From Octopus bimaculoides (taxonomy: Eukaryota): a DNA stretch of 39,090 nucleotides. The notes beneath the pieces were generated by a model. The model made no database searches. It worked only from the letters and a program-made list of their open reading frames with translations, and had not been told where the DNA came from. The translations under genes and the position numbers were made by a program. The stretch spans positions 113,384,520-113,423,609 of the forward strand of contig NC_068984.1 in NCBI RefSeq assembly GCF_001194135.2, in the 5' to 3' direction. Below are positions 1-12,930 of this stretch, one piece after another (positions within the stretch are counted from its first letter, which is position 1; every line of letters begins with the position of its first letter).

Positions 1-36
<36 letters not shown>

Positions 37-52
37 CATTATTATTATTAAT
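1..52. repeat. (ATT)n microsatellite
   Basis: Direct reading: tattattatt... for 52 nt. Confidence 0.95.
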
Positions 53-300
53 AAGGTGGCGAACTGGCAGAATCGTTAGCACGTCGGACGAAATGCTTAG
101 TGGCATTTCGTCTGCCGCTACTTTCTGAGTTCAAATTCCGCCAAGGTCAGCTCTGTCTTATATCCTCTCGGGATCGATAAATTAAATACCAGTGAAACAC
201 AGGGGTCGATGTAACCAGCCAGCCCCCTCCCACACAATTTCAGGCCGTATGCCTATAGTAGAAAGGATTATTATTATCATTATTATTATTATTATTATTA
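53..300 (+). mobile_element. tRNA-derived SINE, family 1 (tail type ii), with (ATT)n tail
   Basis: A-box-like TGGCAGAATCGTTAG (65-79), B-box-like GAGTTCAAATTCC (127-139), body shared with many copies in the window, ends ...gcctatagtagaaagg plus (ATT)n 267-300. Confidence 0.9.
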
Positions 301-650
301 CTGTTGTTGCTTTTGTTGTTTTTGTTTTTTTATTCATGACCCACAAGTTTCCTTTTACAAGACCAGTTGGCTCTGTTCTTCCGAATAACGTCTGTACTGA
401 AAGAATGTGTGATGGGAGAAGCTGAAAATATTGAGTACAGACACATCCCTCTTCGATCAGCCTTCACTGACTTTTTTCGAGTCCTACATGCGCGCGCGCG
501 TGTGTTTCTGTGTGTGCGAAGGAGTACGTCTGTGAGTGTGTATTAAAACGTGGTTAAAACTTTGCAAACTAGTTGTATGATATCAACAAAAATGTGAAAA
601 ACAGCACAAAAACATTTGTGGTAATCTTTACATACTCACACAACAGGCTG

Positions 651-718
651 TAATACACCTGCTTGTTGTTTTTACACCTGTCTTCGTCTTTCGCTTTCTG
701 TAAATTTGAACTATAGAA
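651..718 (+). mobile_element. 3' fragment of Penelope-like short element (family of 26965 and 35525 copies), hammerhead part missing
   Basis: Reverse complement aligns by eye with 35528-35590 (ttcaaattt...gaagacaggtgta...gtgtatta); ends in (TA)n then gap. Confidence 0.6.
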
Positions 719-1360
719 TATATATATATATATATATANNNNNNNNNNNNNNNNNNNNNNNNNNNNNNNNNNNNNNNNNNNNNNNNNNNNNNNNNNNNNN
801 NNNNNNNNNNNNNNNNNNNNNNNNNNNNNNNNNNNNNNNNNNNNNNNNNNNNNNNNNNNNNNNNNNNNNNNNNNNNNNNNNNNNNNNNNNNNNNNNNNNN
901 NNNNNNNNNNNNNNNNNNNNNNNNNNNNNNNNNNNNNNNNNNNNNNNNNNNNNNNNNNNNNNNNNNNNNNNNNNNNNNNNNNNNNNNNNNNNNNNNNNNN
1001 NNNNNNNNNNNNNNNNNNNNNNNNNNNNNNNNNNNNNNNNNNNNNNNNNNNNNNNNNNNNNNNNNNNNNNNNNNNNNNNNNNNNNNNNNNNNNNNNNNNN
1101 NNNNNNNNNNNNNNNNNNNNNNNNNNNNNNNNNNNNNNNNNNNNNNNNNNNNNNNNNNNNNNNNNNNNNNNNNNNNNNNNNNNNNNNNNNNNNNNNNNNN
1201 NNNNNNNNNNNNNNNNNNNNTATATATACACATATATGTATATAATAAAAGGGTAAAATTAATCAATCAAATTAATTAATTAATCAATTAATCAATTAAT
1301 TAAAAATTTTACCAAGTAGATCGGTACGCTCAAATAACCTTTATAGGTAAAATTATACAA

Positions 1361-1757
1361 ATATTCTATAATTATAAACATAATTATAATTAGGGGTCAG
1401 CTAATTGCTACACCACATACCGAATTTAGAAAGTGTTGGTTGGATATCTGTTGGATATCTGTTGCATGATGTCGCTCGATCGTGTGCGTATTTAATCCTA
1501 GCACTTTCAAATTTTATAATTGGAAATGCTACACTGAAGAGAGAAGTAATTTTAATCACTTCAATCTCGAAACGCGTCTGTGGCTAATCAGAGTCGTGTT
1601 GATTCATTGTATTTCGCTTTGTCTTCGTAAAAATGTGTGTTACAGTCGTGGAGATTCTTACAGTTGTAGAAAAGGAATTTCTAACTCCTATTTCTAAATT
1701 CGGTATGTGGTGAAACAATTAGCTGATCCCTAATTATAATTATGTTCATAATTATAG

Positions 1758-1762
<5 letters not shown>
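1361..1762 (+). mobile_element. ORF-less element bounded by 72-bp inverted repeats, carrying a hammerhead (Penelope-like)
   Basis: 1361-1432 vs reverse complement of 1691-1762: 68/72 identical by hand count; internal hammerhead; right arm runs into (TA)n. Confidence 0.75.
1528..1584 (+). ncRNA. Type-I hammerhead ribozyme (minimal, palindromic helix III)
   Basis: GCTACA-CTGAAGA-GAGA...TCTC-GAAA-CGCG-TC|TGTGGC: stem I 6 bp (one G.U), canonical CUGANGA, stem II G10.1-C11.1, palindrome ACGCGT, GUC cleavage triplet (C at 1578). Confidence 0.9.
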
Positions 1763-1790
<28 letters not shown>

Positions 1791-2410
1791 GGATAAGATC
1801 GATATTTAAAATATTGATCCTATCAAGTGGTCAGCATGGGAATAAAAACCATCAAAGGTAATAATTATTTAAAATTATAATACAGGGTATCAAGAGATAC
1901 CACCACGCTGAAAAAATAGCAGTCAAATCCTGATTCTAAAACCACAATATATATATATATATATACGTATATATATATATATTACATTGCATTAAAAGGA
2001 ATGTAACAATAAAAAATCTACACATTACTACAATTAATTAACTTATATTTCATTCAAATATTTCAATCGTTGATTTTCGCTTCACTCGATTTCCTGCAAT
2101 TAATTAATCGAAGCATTTCGTAACTTTCAAATTGAATAGTAGAGTAACAGATTCGATCGATGCTTATTTATAGCTACACACTAATATAGTGACGTGTGCA
2201 CACTAGTTCGTAACGTTCAGTGTAATTGTATACAAGTAGTCTAAAGAATTTTTTTTTTTTTCAACAACTAATACTGAAGACTTCGAAAATGTTCCAATTA
2301 CAAATAATCTTTCTTGCAATTACATCGCATTGGTCTTCGCTTGGCTGAAATTTGTATTCATTGGGACGCTAAGTGGGGAGATATCCTTTCATGCATCGAA
2401 TATATCCATC

Positions 2411-2442
<32 letters not shown>

Positions 2443-3155
2443 CATACATTTAGAGAAAAAATCAGATTCATATATATATATATATATATATATATANNNN
2501 NNNNNNNNNNNNNNNNNNNNNNNNNNNNNNNNNNNNNNNNNNNNNNNNNNNNNNNNNNNNNNNNNNNNNNNNNNNNNNNNNNNNNNNNNNNNNNNNNNNN
2601 NNNNNNNNNNNNNNNNNNNNNNNNNNNNNNNNNNNNNNNNNNNNNNNNNNNNNNNNNNNNNNNNNNNNNNNNNNNNNNNNNNNNNNNNNNNNNNNNNNNN
2701 NNNNNNNNNNNNNNNNNNNNNNNNNNNNNNNNNNNNNNNNNNNNNNNNNNNNNNNNNNNNNNNNNNNNNNNNNNNNNNNNNNNNNNNNNNNNNNNNNNNN
2801 NNNNNNNNATATATACGTATATATATATGTATCTATATATGTATATAAATGTATATATATTTATATATATATATATATTTATATATACACACACATACAT
2901 ACATACATACATACATACATACATACACATGTATATAGTATATGTGTAAATACATATGTATTTACGTACTTATACAAATATTCAAATATATATGTGTATG
3001 TGTATATAAATACGAGATATATAATAATATATATCATGTGTATACATATACATCAATATATATGTACACACATATATACATATGTATGTATACTTGTCTA
3101 TGCATCTGTGTATGTATATTTATACATACGTAGATGTGTGTGCTTCCGCATGTGT

Positions 3156-3160
<5 letters not shown>

Positions 3161-3239
<79 letters not shown>
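3161..3239. repeat. (TG)n microsatellite
   Basis: Direct reading. Confidence 0.95.
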
Positions 3240-3240
<1 letters not shown>

Positions 3241-3906
3241 TGGATATTAAAGTAAAAGCTACGCCACACTATCCTTAAAATTAAATCATTGCTGCAGTTA
3301 CCACCTTAATAAAACTCTTAACATTTTTCATGTTCGTTTCAATTTTAGAAAGTGTGATTTGCGTTTCATCTCAAAATCTTCACATCCCTTCACTTTTAAT
3401 CAAGTAATTGCTGTTTTTCATTACTAGTTGAAGTGTTTCGCCTGAATCCATGAAACTAATTAAAAATAAATTTTATTTTTAGTAACAATTAATTTGGCAA
3501 GTGTTACGAAACGGAATTCGTAAGATCTGTTCTGACAGTTAGACACACTGAGGTGCGTAAATGTTTTACGTAACAACATGTATTATTTACTTGGGTTTTT
3601 GTGACCTTTTATACATTCATCTGCATATATTTACTGATATTTCTGCACAGCTAAAAAGAAACACATTCATTGAAATAAACAGTTTGTTGTGATTAACTTA
3701 ATGACGTTGTTCTAAGGCACAGATTCGCGAACATTCGCGAACATCAAAGATTATCGCCTCATATCTTTTACAAACACACACTTTTCAACACCTCTATGCA
3801 ACGAGTCAATGAAATTGAATGCACGACATATAAATATGTATATATATATGTACATATAGTCAGGCGCTACTCTATCCGGCAAGTGCAGTGTTTGAATTTA
3901 TTGCAT

Positions 3907-4088
3907 TTACTCTATTACTTGTTTAAATCATTTGACTGCGACCATGCTTTACCGAGCAGTTCGATCCCAGGATTAATTTTTTAAGCCTAGCAATTATTCT
4001 ATCGTCTTTTTTTTCCGAACTTCTATGTTGCGGGGGTGTAAACACACCGACACCGGTTTTCAAGTGATGATGATGGGTCAAACGCAGA
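3907..4088 (-). mobile_element. SINE family 3, 3' half (truncated at the internal microsatellite)
   Basis: Similar to 34215-34392 and to the reverse complement of 38350-38520 (gactgcg-ccatgct, aagcctag, gtaaacacacc). Confidence 0.75.
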
Positions 4089-4284
4089 TATATATATATA
4101 TATATATATATANNNNNNNNNNNNNNNNNNNNNNNNNNNNNNNNNNNNNNNNNNNNNNNNNNNNNNNNNNNNNNNNNNNNNNNNNNNNNNNNNNNNNNNN
4201 NNNATATATATAACATTAATAATATATAAATATATGCATATATCCATACATATATGTACATACCTACATCTATATGTATACATA

Positions 4285-4690
4285 CATGCATATATGGGTA
4301 CAGGACATCACAAAAACTGTTAAATACAATGAGAAACGAAAACATAAAGACGAAGACAGAAAACGAACTTAATTTCGAACAACGAAAAAAAACAAACAGA
4401 GAAACGAGACATGCAACATAAAGAATATTCCCCTTCTTCAGTTGTCCCTGCTCCATCTACTCCGCGTTTCGAAGGCAAGGACAATACGCGACTTCGTTGC
4501 AACAGTCCTTCCCACAAAAAGCAAATTAATTAAATTTGGAATTTTTTGCGGAAGGTAAAATGGTAAACAAGAACAGTATAGTGAGAACAAGACAGCAAAA
4601 GACAGTAAAAACAAGACAGAACAGTGAAAACAAATGGTAAGGGCTGTTGGAACATTACCAACGAAACCTAAGTCAATTGGTAGCATTACA
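4285..4690 (-). mobile_element. Penelope-like short element with partial hammerhead motifs
   Basis: Minus strand has GTA-TTGTCCTT...AGGGACAA-CTGAAGA; shares the ggagtag...gacaaCTGAnGA block with the 16352-16666 element; 3' end runs into a TA-rich tract. Left boundary on the element strand is approximate. Confidence 0.5.
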
Positions 4691-5136
4691 AGCCATATAT
4701 AAAGAAAATCTCAGGCAGTATTAGACGTAAGCTGTTCTGAAGATGTGAACATTTTGCTCAGAGTTAGTGAGAAGGGGGAAACAGATGGATAGTGACTTCA
4801 TAACCTTCAGCTTCTCCTTCCTGATTATAAATTCACGTTTATAGCAAAAATTATTGAACTGTTCTTTATGAGCAACTAGAACTTTGAAGCTAAGAAACTG
4901 ACCAGTATGCGGGTACTTTACAAATACAATCTATAAGTGAAACGGTAATAATCTCGAAGTTAAACTTAATATGGTTATCATTTGAGTTATCCAAATTCCA
5001 GCGATCAAACTTTTGTTTCTTCGTTGGAAATGGAAACCAGCGTATCCTTTGTAGGAAGAATTCAGACGATTAAAACAGCTACATCTATTCATGGATACAT
5101 ATATTTATGAATGTTCTAATGTATATAGATGGATAG

Positions 5137-5204
<68 letters not shown>

Positions 5205-5232
5205 TGTGTGAGAGTGTCCATATATTTATTTA

Positions 5233-6107
5233 TAGGGTATCTGGGCTAAATTTTTATGTCTTTCTTCAGGAACAGCTTACTATATTGCAGAACTGTCAAC
5301 GGCATTGGGAAGCATTATGATTTAAATTGTAGTTGACAAAATAGTTAGCTGACATGGACGACTGGAAGCCATCTAAATATTGGAAAAGAGCTACCTATAT
5401 CATAATGATTTGCTCCGGTATCAAGATGATCCTCAATGCTCTGTGAACAATATAAACGCTGTACGAAGTGACATGGACAGCTGCAACGAAGACTACGAAG
5501 CTGTTATCAGCAGAACAGCACTCAGCAAGAGTCCGGACTGCGTCCGCACGCCGGGATTCATCCCCGCATCTTTGAAAAGGACCTTAGGTTCAACTCAGAC
5601 AGTTATGTGTGACTACTGAAGACTGTGGTCAGTCTCTGATTGTAGAAGGTTTTTGTTAGAAGGCCATATCTGTGGTAGCAGGATTCGGATCCATACCATA
5701 TCTCCGGAGAGAGTCAGAAGTGATTGTCGGAAAACGTCTTCGATTTCACCAGCCCCAATTTTATGGTCTCCTAATTTCCTCAATTGTAATCCCATGGATG
5801 ACTATGTATGGGTCGCGATTGAGAAAGACAACAACCACTATGCGTTCAACAGCAAGGCCGAGCTGGTTGCCAAGATCGAGGAGGTGTTGGAAAGTCTCCC
5901 CAGGTACACAGTGTGGAATGCATGCACCAGGTTCCGTAGCTGTCTTGATGTCGTACTGGAAAATAAGAGCAACTCATTTGAGGAGATTGTTATCTCCCAG
6001 ATATAATGTAGGTTATATTTTTTGTCTTTTAAAATACGTTTATTTTTGGACGGTATATTTTGTTTTCTTTTCATTTATGCAAACTGTCAAATTTAGCCCG
6101 AATACCC

Positions 6108-6109
<2 letters not shown>
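5233..6109 (+). mobile_element. Internally deleted, decayed Tc1/mariner DD37D (maT-type) transposon
   Basis: About 21-bp TIRs (5233-5253, 6089-6109 aaatttagcccgaataccctg) flanked by TA. Remnant PYLW*QDSDPYH...SQK*LSEN...[fs]WSPNFLNCNPMDDYVW has 37 residues between the second and third catalytic D; stops and a frameshift are present. Confidence 0.85.
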
Positions 6110-6146
<37 letters not shown>

Positions 6147-6193
6147 TAATTCGTTTTGCAAGATTCCTGATGTGAAATAGTCTGTTGAAATAG

Positions 6194-6464
6194 ATATTGT
6201 TGTATTTCGGGACAGTCATTTGTTTTTTGCCAAATAAACGCACACACATTATATTTATTTTCACTCGTTTATTACTGGTCTTATTTTATTATTTTAATTC
6301 ATGCCCGGAAATTTTTCGTCACACATGTGACCTCTTCGTCGACACTTTTCATTTTCGTGTGTGCTCTTGCTCCACTTCTCCATTCTGAACAAAAAGTAGA
6401 GAAAATATATAATGCGTGTGTTTATTTGGCAAAACAAAATGACCATCCCGGAATACGACAATAT
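6194..6464. mobile_element. MITE-like element with about 56-bp terminal inverted repeats
   Basis: 6194-6252 (atattgttgtatttcgggacagtcatt...gccaaataaac...cattat) matches the reverse complement of 6409-6464; no ORF; superfamily not assigned. Confidence 0.8.
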
Positions 6465-7570
<1,106 letters not shown>

Positions 7571-7578
7571 ATATTTAT

Positions 7579-7640
<62 letters not shown>

Positions 7641-7914
7641 TAAAGAAGATATTTCGTACTCCGCCATAAATTCTTAGCATATTATTTAGATTTTTTATAT
7701 ATATAAAAAGAAATATTTTTAGATTACTGTCATTAAAAGTGCACAAGAATATTTTATGGCTGTTATACTAGTTTTTATTTTATTTATTTGACTTTTTTTT
7801 TATTATATTGTAAAATCATTGACGCCCACGCTTACAAACATATTTAATTCAGTCTATTCTGGAATTTAACAATTCTTACACGTAATTTTGTATATATGTT
7901 TCTATGTATATATA

Positions 7915-8180
7915 TAAAGTTACCACAAGGCATGAGGATGCGGCAAAAGCATCAGCCTATTTAGAAATAGAAGCTAAATTCCTAATTCAACCGCCAAAAG
8001 GTACCAAATAACAGAAAAATAAAAGCAGGCGTGAAAACGGATAAAGCATTAAGACATTAAAAACGCATACCTTTAAAGATTGTGCCATTCAGATACTCAT
8101 ATACCATGGATTCAGATTCTGGCCCAAGGGCCTCAATCTTCTTCAGTATGAGTAACAGCTAAAACTTCTATGTCCGTCAA
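7915..8180 (-). mobile_element. Penelope-like short element carrying a hammerhead
   Basis: Shares atttagaaatag-ag-t-aaattcct with the reverse complement of about 1670-1700; hammerhead at 8096-8152; minus-strand 3' end abuts a TA-rich tract near 7910. Confidence 0.6.
8096..8152 (-). ncRNA. Type-I hammerhead ribozyme with a single core substitution (A15.1 to U)
   Basis: Minus strand: CTCATA-CTGAAGA-AGATT-GA-GGCCCTTGGGCC-AG-AATCT-GAA-TCCATGG-TA|TATGAG. Perfect 6-bp stem I, bipartite stem II; palindrome ACCATGGT if position 8110 is restored. Confidence 0.8.
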
Positions 8181-8654
8181 CTTATAAAACTGCCAGTGTT
8201 ATGACTTTTTTTGCGCCAAACCGATCCACATAGTGCAAAATATAATATATATGAGCAAAAATACTCGAGTATTTACACTCGACGTAAGATGTTATTGTTA
8301 ATATCATCTGCTGTGAATATTTTAATTGATAGAATTGACAGTGTAAATACTCAAATATTTTATACATATAAATATATATATATATATATATTATAAGATG
8401 ACAAAGAAATTAACGATTATCTTATGAACTTCATTAGCATACAGTTGTTTCTGCTATAAGATGCAGTGGACACATAGCTGAGTGCTTGAGTAACGCCTTA
8501 CAGCTTAATCGGAGCCTCGAATGTGAAGATAATCGTTTATTCCTTCGTCATCTCATTTTCTTACTACTGCTCTGTACTCGACTAACTCTTCATTTTGAAG
8601 TATATGTTTATTATTCTGTACACTAGGTTATTAGTCTCGCAATGCCTAAGCGAG

Positions 8655-8687
<33 letters not shown>

Positions 8688-9379
8688 NNNNNNNNNNNNN
8701 NNNNNNNNNNNNNNNNNNNNNNNNNNNNNNNNNNNNNNNNNNNNNNNNNNNNNNNNNNNNNNNNNNNNNNNNNNNNNNNNNNNNNNNNNNNNNNNNNNNN
8801 NNNNNNNNNNNNNNNNNNNNNNNNNNNNNNNNNNNNNNNNNNNNNNNNNNNNNNNNNNNNNNNNNNNNNNNNNNNNNNNNNNNNNNNNNNNNNNNNNNNN
8901 NNNNNNNNNNNNNNNNNNNNNNNNNNNNNNNNNNNNNNNNNNNNNNNNNNNNNNNNNNNNNNNNNNNNNNNNNNNNNNNNNNNNNNNNNNNNNNNNNNNN
9001 NNNNNNNNNNNNNNNNNNTGTGTGTGTATGTATATATGTATGTATATATGTATGTATATATACAAGCATGAAAACTGGTCTGTACATGTACGTATATCTA
9101 AGTATGTATGTATCTATCATGGAATAATACTTCGTAGAAATAACGGAATATCGATTATTGTATGGGGAACGAAATCTATACGAATTCTGTTTAAATTGTA
9201 CAATTTGTAATTGTTTATCTGCCTAGACAGATGTGTCGGTAACACATATAATTGCTTATATTTCCCCAGGAAAGACAATTCGAAATGGGCACCTACATTT
9301 TGCGATATACAAGATATCGTCCTCTGCTTGTGTTTATTCTTAATAAAAATCTAATACTTAATCTCTAGATTTATTCTAC

Positions 9380-9895
9380 TATTAAAGGACGGTGAAAAAC
9401 CGAGAGTGGGAGGCGAGAAAAAGAGAGTAGTAAAGAGCAGAGAGGGATGTAAAGAGCAGGAGTAGAAAGCAGAAAGAGGCGAGGGATTTAAAGAATAGAA
9501 GGGGGAGGAAAAGAACAGTGAGGGACGGAAAAAGTAGAGGAGGAGGTAAAGAGCAGGAGAAGGATGCTGTAAAGAGAAGGAGAGGGAGGTAATAAAGAAT
9601 AGGATAGAGGTAACGGACAGACGAGGGAGATAAAATGAAGTAGGAAAAGGTAGGGGACGGAGTTAGAGAGCAAGTGAGGGCAGTGAAAAGTAGGAGAGGG
9701 AGGGAAAGGGCAGGATTGGAAGGGAAAGAGCAGATGTGGAGGTATTAAAGAGCGTGGGAGAGAGGTAAAGAGCAGCAGAGGGAGGTGAAGAGCAGGAGAG
9801 GGAGGTAAAAACAGCAGATGGAGATAATGAGCAGATGAGGGAGGTAAAGAGCAGATGTGGGAGGTAAAGAGTTGGAGAGGGAGGGGAAAGAGCAA
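9380..9895. repeat. Purine-rich degenerate minisatellite (unit about gggaggtaaagagcag)
   Basis: Repeated gtaaagagcag / ggaggtaaagag motifs; the top strand is almost all purine. Confidence 0.8.
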
Positions 9896-10771
9896 TCTAG
9901 TATGAAACAGTTATTTCCAACAATTATATATTTCTTGAAATGATGCAAAAAAATGTATACAGCTGAATGAAAGAACTTCAGTGTTGTACATATGATGCAG
10001 GGCGTGATTGAAAAACTAATTTGGTAGCTTTTAATTTAAACTTGCTCCACTGACAAAAACACATTTTTTTCCCGTTCACAGAAATATATCCGCTCCTATA
10101 TTCATTCTTTCCCTATTAATATTACATTCAATATTAACCTCTCAGTAAAAGTGATTAAATATACATGAGATTAAATAGACATAAACCGATGCGCCTGACA
10201 CCATGTCACAAAGTGTTCAGATATGAAACCATAATCTATTTCTTATTTAACCTTAGAAAAATAAAGTATAAATTGTACGCAAGCTTGTCTTATAATCCTA
10301 TTCTTTGATATGAATTATCATGTGCCTTCCTATCGGAAAGATACATCTAAACATTATTCTATGTGGTCAGATCTATTGAATATTTAAAGCGATCGTGATT
10401 CATTCGTTTCCGTCCTATTAATGTGTCTGAGTGGCATTTTGGTTCGAAAAGTTAATACAAAATCAACTTCAGTCATTTTTGCTTAACACAACACAGCCAT
10501 TGGATAGTTTAATCTCCTTGGTCAAATGACAACAACCATTACTATGTAGAATGGTGGCTAGATGTTCACCCAACCTAGTGTGATATTTAAACAGACGACA
10601 GAAATTCTATAACAGATATAGACTGAAATTTTAATATTTTAAAGTCGAGATATTTAATATAAACAATATGAATTTAAGCATCATAACTTATATTCCACAT
10701 ACTACTTTTCTAAAAGTAAGATAATAGCTTCATTTCTTTGTCGTGAAATATAATAGTACAACTGCTATATA

Positions 10772-10926
10772 TTGGTTTCAAATTTTAGTACAAAGCCTGC
10801 AATTTGGGAGGAGGGATATAGTCGATTATATTGAGTCCAATGCTCAACTGGTACTTATTTTACCGACCGCGAGAACATAAAAGGCAAAGCATTTCGTCCA
10901 CTATGCAAATTATTCTGCCAGCTGCT
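10772..10926 (-). mobile_element. SINE family 1 (tail type i), internally deleted
   Basis: ggtttcaaatttt...ctggtacttatt...ggcaaag|catttcg...ttctgccagct; the B-box region is missing. Confidence 0.8.
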
Positions 10927-11367
10927 ATATACTGAGCAAGTAATCGTTTTTAGTTTATCAGTGGCTGATAAAGTAAAATGTTACTGAAATATATGGATGC
11001 TCAGTGACAAAATTTGAGGTAAATATTTCATATCTATTTTTTTTTTTTTTTTTTTTTTGTATATTTGGGATCCATTTCTAACGACGTTTTAAATGATATA
11101 CACAGAAAATCAAAGAACCGATTAAACGTTTAGACGTCTTGCAGATTTAATTATTAAATATCACGCTTTGATTAACTCAGTTTCAACGGCATATCTATCG
11201 ATTCATGTATCTATCGAGCTGACAATATCTCATTTCTCACCATCTCTACACATATAACTACACACACATAAAAACACGCACACATATATTTGTAGTTACA
11301 TATGTACACACACGCTCACATACATAGGTACATACACACACACACATATATACATACACAGACACAG

Positions 11368-11450
<83 letters not shown>

Positions 11451-12169
11451 NNNNNNNNNNNNNNNNNNNNNNNNNNNNNNNNNNNNNNNNNNNNNNNNNN
11501 NNNNNNNNNNNNNNNNNNNNNNNNNNNNNNNNNNNNNNNNNNNNNNNNNNNNNNNNNNNNNNNNNNNNNNNNNNNNNNNNNNNNNNNNNNNNNNNNNNNN
11601 NNNNNNNNNNNNNNNNNNNNNNNNNNNNNNNNNNNNNNNNNNNNNNNNNNNNNNNNNNNNNNNNNNNNNNNNNNNNNNNNNNNNNNNNNNNNNNNNNNNN
11701 NNNNNNNNNNNNNNNNNNNNNNNNNNNNNNNNNNNNNNNNNNNNNNNNNNNNNNNNNNNNNNNNNNNNNNNNNNNNNNNNNNNNNNNNNNNNNNNNNNNN
11801 NNNNNNNNNNNNNNNNNNNNNNNNNNNNNNNNNNNNNNNNNNNNNNNNNNNNNNNNNNNNNNNNNNNNNNNNNNNNNNNNNNNNNNNNNNNNNNNNNNNN
11901 NNNNNNNNNNNNNNNNNNNNNNNNNNNNNNNNNNNNNNNNNNNNNNNNNNNNNNNNNNNNNNNNNNNNNNNNNNNNNNNNNNNNNNNNNNNNNNNNNNNN
12001 NNNNNNNNNNNNNNNNNNNNNNNNNNNNNNNNNNNNNNNNNNNNNNNNNNNNNNNNNNNNNNNNNNNNNNNNNNNNNNNNNNNNNNNNNNNNNNNNNNTA
12101 CACAAATTCATTACTTTTAGTACAAGCAAATTCTATTGACATCAAGATGCGTGTATTAAATTAGCATTT

Positions 12170-12490
12170 GTCAAAATCATGTGTGGAAAACAACATCCAT
12201 CAGGTGGTGTCCGTTTTCATTTATTGCATTTCTGAAAACTTGTCTGACGCGTTCCACATTTTCCGGCTCCGTACCGTACGTGGTGCCCCCACCGGTCTCC
12301 TATTCATTAGCGTACATCGTGTACGAAGTGAATTCACCCAACGTAAGATTGTGTTACGGGTGGGAACAACCTGATTTCGGTGAATGTTGAAGTGGCACCG
12401 AAACTCAGGCTGAACTGCTGTGACAGACTCATTATTCTTCACTTACCTGTCATTGGCAAACACGCGACGCTCTATCATCTACAACGCCAT
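12170..12490 (-). pseudogene. N-terminal HTH fragment of a Tc1/mariner transposase (DUF4817-like)
   Basis: Minus translation ...RRVFANDR*VKNNESVTAVQPEFRCHFNIHRNQVVPTRNTILRWVNSLRTRCTLMNRRPVGAPRTVR, recognised by eye as a DUF4817-type HTH. Confidence 0.7.
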
Positions 12491-12694
12491 GGTTTCATCT
12501 GAAAAGACAAAATAGCTAAGACACCACGGACCGAATGGTACCTGTTGGACATATGTCCCTCCCACTGGAGCTGAATTATAGTAATTTCAGAAGCGTCCGT
12601 CTCCTCTGTCCCACCCTGTATAAAGATGAAAAGCAGAAGAAAAAAAAGGATTTAAGAATATGTTTAAATATTAGTGAAAAAAGGATAGATAATA

Positions 12695-12914
12695 TTGGTT
12701 TCAAATTTTGGCACAAGGCTAGCAGTTTTAAGGGAGAGATAAATCAATCACTTAGACCTTACTCTTGAACTGACACTTATTTTATTGACCTCCCCCCAAA
12801 GGGATGAGAAACAAAGTCAACGCCGACGGTATTTGAACTCAGAACGTACTTTCGGAAGAAATGCCGTTAAGCACGTTTCTCGGCGCGGAAACGATTCTAA
12901 CAGCTGGCCGCCTT
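12695..12914 (-). mobile_element. SINE family 1 (tail type i)
   Basis: Full head (aaggcggccagctg..., B-box gagttcaaatacc) and tail on the minus strand. Confidence 0.85.
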
Positions 12915-12930
12915 AATGAAAGAAGATAAT

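Noticed and set aside
53-139. A/B-box heads as tRNA genes (also 19817, 29600, 33260, 33892, 38151)
   Set aside because: No complete cloverleaf, and they continue into shared SINE bodies and tails.
2190-2210. gtgtgcacac plus ctagt as a Helitron 3' end
   Set aside because: The hairpin is too short and no 5' TC end can be identified.
2274-2296. CTGAAGA-CTTC-GAAA hammerhead-like motif
   Set aside because: No stem II, no palindrome or UH in register, and no stem I.
3497-3525. CGAAACGGAATTCGTA half-hammerhead
   Set aside because: No CUGANGA upstream and no stem I.
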